Of a stretch of DNA of 64,000 nucleotides, positions 61,901 through 64,000 are shown one piece after another. The position numbers were made by a program, and so were the translations under genes. The notes beneath the pieces are model-generated. The model worked only from the letters and a program-made list of their open reading frames with translations. It was not told the origin of the DNA and did not search any database. Numbering within the stretch: the stretch's first letter is position 1; every line of letters starts with the position of its first letter. This DNA is from Takakia lepidozioides (taxonomy: Eukaryota > Plantae > Bryophyta), in NCBI GenBank assembly GCA_030704615.1, contig CM060733.1, forward strand, positions 6,572,001-6,636,000, given 5' to 3'.

Positions 61901-63380
61901 GAGGATATCTGGAAAACCCGGATTAATTCTTTATATGGAGGTAAGTCTTACTACCAACGTCAGCCCCTGACAGAGGTAGGTTCTGTCCCTTTTGTTCCCA
62001 CTCAAACTGGGCGCGGGGTCAATGGCCACAAGGCTACGGCAAACAACGTCTTATGAGTACAATCTCTCTCTCTACCTTCAACTCTGCCCCTTCCCAGACT
62101 TCCCCTTCTCCCTCCTTAAAGAGCCTTTGGCATGAATTGTACAATAGAAATGTTCTATACCACACCCCGTGACCAAAATGTATGAAGAAAATGAAGGTAC
62201 ACCTGAGGGAGTCAACAAGCTCAACTGCAGATATGCCATCCGGTGCATTTTTCCCTTTCGGAAAAGCAAGCACAGGAATATCATGCTCCTGCGCATACTC
62301 ACAACCTTTGCAGCCTGTCCCACAATCCAACCCATCCATAAAGATTGTTTTTGTATACCTCCTGCTGGAAGGAGCCCTCTACTTCTCAGACACTTTGATA
62401 TCATGATACCATACTTGTTGCATAAGTGCTATGTCTCAAGCAAGGGACAAGATGAGGAAGAGGAACGAGTAGCAGGCTGGAATGTTTTGTGGCCCCATCC
62501 CTCTTTCGCTCCTCAACATCTTAACCTCCTACTTGCCAAACAATGCAAGGCGACTAAACTCAAGTACAAACAATACACAATGTATCCAAGGCAGCGGGGG
62601 GGCGGAGAATAGCGAAGGCTACCATGCAGCAATTGACTTCCAAAATATATGCTAGAACGTGAACCAGAAATGGATTAACCTGCCCAGATATATGCAGCTT
62701 AACATATGTAGAAAAAAAGGCTTTGAAACCCCATCCCTTAATTTAATTTTACAGGTACTATTCAAGTCTTTACATTCTTCTTTCTCGCTTCTTGCTCTAA
62801 CGCTTCCAACTTCTCCAGCTGCACAAACACTCTGAACAAGATGGAAGGAGAAAAAATTACCAGGTTTGTCGGAGACAACAAGGACAAGGTCACCATGGAT
62901 CGAACTGTTCAATGTGGCTGTGTGAAGAGCTCGAAAATTGGAGCCTCCACCTGACACAAAGACTGCTAATCTCGCTCTCAGAAGACCATCTGCACGTTTC
63001 TCCTTTCCATCCGCAACGCTTTCTCGAATCCCTTCGCCTTCTTCTTCGCCTCTCCAAGCCCTCCCTTTCTGTGCCAACTCGTGCTCTAATGCTGCATCTC
63101 CTACTGCTCTGCGTGTAGGTAGCCATTTGTTTTCTGCTGAGCGGCCTAGTTCTGCGCCACCTCCAGACTCAGGAACGTGCAAGATATTTCTACCTTCATA
63201 AGTTTGAGAAAAACTCCCCCGGTTACAAGATTGAGCTAGCGAAGCCGACCGAGTGGGAATAGCATGACAATTACTGAAGCACCTTGTCTGAACATGCCGA
63301 AAAACGGGGCCGTGTGGTACAACCTGGGACGCAAGCAAGCTGCCGCAATCTACACGCTTCATTGCAGTGAATGTGGTCAT
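52996..63380 (-). CDS. purN: Phosphoribosylglycinamide formyltransferase (GAR transformylase) with N-terminal targeting extension; exons 63380-62861, 62314-62203, 55311-55135, 53755-53629, 53109-52996
   Basis: [65 protein letters not shown]; all four introns GT-AG and in phase. Confidence 0.95.
54255..55030. repeat. ~150-bp tandem duplications in purN intron 3
   Basis: ttggctcagaaacttgatgtcatcacgaatgatcaggcaaactgtgaaatatcatcagtcatc... about 3.5 copies. Confidence 0.85.
54641..54917. mobile_element. Candidate solo LTR (277 bp)
   Basis: TGTA...TACA termini; interrupts the third intronic repeat unit; flanks caat/taat. Confidence 0.5.
55809..56090 (+). mobile_element. 5'-truncated, internally deleted copy of the LINE at 57.2-62.1 kb
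   Basis: 55809-56057 matches 61671-61919 (1 mismatch seen), then jumps to 62030-62062; 14-bp TSD tatgtggagacttt (55789 / 56091). Confidence 0.92.
57204..62062 (+). mobile_element. Apparently full-length, intact single-ORF LINE in purN intron 2 (antisense to host)
   Basis: Intact ORF; flanked by (TC)n on both sides (57179-57203 and 62063-62073); 3' end defined by the sibling copy. Confidence 0.9.
57467..62056 (+). CDS. LINE polyprotein: N-terminal repeats, APE endonuclease, RT, CCHC
   Basis: [34 protein letters not shown]; [42 protein letters not shown]; CPLC...DSIHFLIHC. First ATG at 57503. Confidence 0.95.
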   Translation: MGAAPPPKLGSRMLCLAYSALGLGLVPVLKLMACEHNQKLAPININTPQGDPWELVTYAKSRASCVVFGVNPRMDDVSFKTTCSSLGLDFMANGTISRLDNRGTLKVAMTKSASNRVPHQFNLKEVRPLTGWRAVLDIGDSMGRSRKTTKGNNFNLRVSNRFDALDEVESKQPEGQDAPKCTEPERPESEGFGTLNGLPILKVYTRRTNSIHGVIVPKLSDGQSVPKCAEPERRVTEGFGTLNGLPILKVYTRRAKSIHGVIVPKQSDGQSAPMCAEPVRRVTERFGTLNGLPILKVYTRRAKSTHGVTVPPLQNGWPSRSNHKLPRRQTIHTQRAGLRLATFNFSGLTNQRKQLEVGQVLRTNDIHICAGQETWETSDKLVGDVIGYKWAGKMCTLKAASAKRGQKGVGFFVRDFLFDNCEIINKGLRYEHSIWLKLNLKGGMSTKDLFVGCVYMPTEGTLSADADKAFEDVKLDCASFLAKGQVVLLGDFNARVGKGIHQDDIIGPFGEDELNSNGRRLINCLEELQLLTLNNRTRGDQVQWTREKPQTGERSIVDYIIMDKILFPQCANVLINRTDIGTSDHFLVWTEIKRCFPTTKRSVKRSIRKWRIEKFHNEEVKAEYVHALQEALPHFVQSLQELQSRSVNARNEVERAVDSWESFVSSVADKIIGRKLIVCGRAVNWWTNEIKLKIAERRALYKECCNLETNRELWARYYQLRKDINQLVRSQKKLYWDKLYSEINSNHLKFWLTLQRLYKPKNGQQVQALKTTKGAVVTSSVDIVKTFETHYSILGRTSRSNSEGSSAEWRDTVGKTVPMIQNSPDELEYISMAYNAPISSSEIVEAIEHLNGYKAGGPDGIVNELIKHGGDPMIEALVLLFNLIWKTEMIPFRWRQGVIVNLYKKGDREEPGNYRGITLLNAVGKTFCRVISTRLEVDLESRGCFHEGQAGFRRNRGCVDHIFTLSQIIQGRKKEGKPTYVFFLDVKKAYDTVWRDGLWFRLWSCGIKGKMWRVVHNLYAHTKSCVTVNGQKSNFFDIDQGVAQGCTLSPLLFNVFINQLLEDVESEGFGLRVGDTTTPALMFADDFAGIGETPTNLQELIDCAKRYFDLWGLEANVSKCAVVAFNDRGEGGSDLKWQWGSQEIPVLPSYTYLGIEFSSNCNWDAHIRKVVQTGKGKALGLTKFFHCRGVNSEVKKTMLCRVIRPALEYGSAIWVDNSNQAKSLESIQVGVLKECMSACSKTANVAVRGEFGIPSLSSRRDEFKVRWWGQLQHMPNTRYPKLIDSISWKQDRPVKQAKSWQKRVEEILKDLDLDPQVLTLLDKSDLEAVVSSAMSVAMRLSDENEVRQKTSLNLFPVCDMGEDILDDLKGLPTLGTRLKVKLRAGSLPLNSKQKQRGKGECNCPLCGQSEDSIHFLIHCPGFSHQRDALFKSIKGIVPVPLFTNFESLEAEPKAQALLRPSFWANHTQQIDACVKGFLEDIWKTRINSLYGGKSYYQRQPLTEVGSVPFVPTQTGRGVNGHKATANNVL

Positions 63381-63475
63381 CACACAGCGACCATAATCTC
63401 GTCTACATCGGTGAAGAGACGACACGGACAGTGGAACGTCTTCTCTCTCCTCTCTCTCTATTTTTGAAGGAAGCG

Positions 63476-63598
63476 TTTAGGGTTTAGACCTGCTATCAGC
63501 CGTCGAGTATTACCTAATACCGGAATCGTCCAGTGTATATTTCTATACTGTTCAGTAAATCCTGGGATGACTGGTAAATGCCGGTAAGTTTAGGGTTT
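63476..63598. promoter_or_regulatory. Two telo-boxes in the purN/BMS1 bidirectional promoter
   Basis: tttagggttt at 63476-63485 and 63589-63598. Confidence 0.65.
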
Positions 63599-63648
63599 AA
63601 GCTCATCTAAAGCCCTGCATAGTCGCAGTGCTGGAGGAGTTCAGCGCT

Positions 63649-64000
63649 ATGGCGGTGTCTGGAGCCGGGCCAGGGGGCCGGCCACAGAAGCAGCATAGAC
63701 TGCCCAAGGCAGGCCCCGCTGCAGACAAGAAGTCCTCCACAGACAAGAAGAAACGCGGGCTTTCGACCGCCAAATCGAATGCCAAGGTCGGTGTTGTTTG
63801 CACCTTGCAGTGTGTCCCTCCTTAAGCTCTTCGAACTATGAGAAGGCTATCCACCTGCTCACGTAGGTTGGAATATGTACGGATTTTGTAGCGGACCCTT
63901 TGTGATTATTCTCCAATGCTGTGGTTGAGCAGGCCTTCACCTTCAATTCAGCTAAAAAAGCCAAACGACTACAAGCTCGGACCGCAGAACGAGATCAGCG
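63649..64000 (+). CDS. BMS1: Ribosome biogenesis protein BMS1, 5' end; exon 1 63649-63786, exon 2 63933->64000
   Basis: QKQHR..KAGP...KKKRG...NAK|AFTFNSAKKAKRLQARTAERDQR matches the BMS1 N-terminus; GT-AG phase-0 intron. Confidence 0.85.

Noticed and set aside
57179-62073. Strict (TC)n target specificity of the LINE
   Set aside because: The sibling copy at 55809 inserted into non-TC sequence.
63603-63803. Minus-strand ORF
   Set aside because: Antisense shadow of BMS1 exon 1.

Overview
Eukaryotic nuclear DNA with GT-AG introns, from a land plant (inferred from plant-type host genes; a non-seed lineage is my guess). Host genes: kinesin-10/PAKRP2-like (left edge, -), an uncharacterised membrane-protein gene (~39-41.6 kb, -), a 5-exon GAR transformylase gene purN/PUR3 (53.0-63.4 kb, -) and, head-to-head with it, the start of BMS1. 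Most of the rest is transposon DNA. A decayed L1-like LINE is split by a CACTA element (4086-20581), which is itself interrupted by an 11.7-kb Ty3/Gypsy LTR retrotransposon (7977-19678). This Gypsy element is the highlight. (i) Its pol carries a C5 DNA cytosine methyltransferase domain between protease and RT, and a PHD finger after integrase. (ii) It has a self-complementary primer site rather than a tRNA PBS. (iii) Its LTRs are circularly permuted (A...B-A-B), as if a 2-LTR circle had been opened at an internal palindromic CA-gc-TG site. (iv) Its long leader holds receptor-kinase fragments and an orphan ORF. Further right are a ~14-kb Mutator-like element with ~1-kb TIRs, a decayed transposase and an antisense Zn-finger/Ulp1 gene, and an intact single-ORF LINE without a poly(A) tail plus a truncated sibling in purN intron 2. 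All calls come from reading motifs by eye; no database searches were run.
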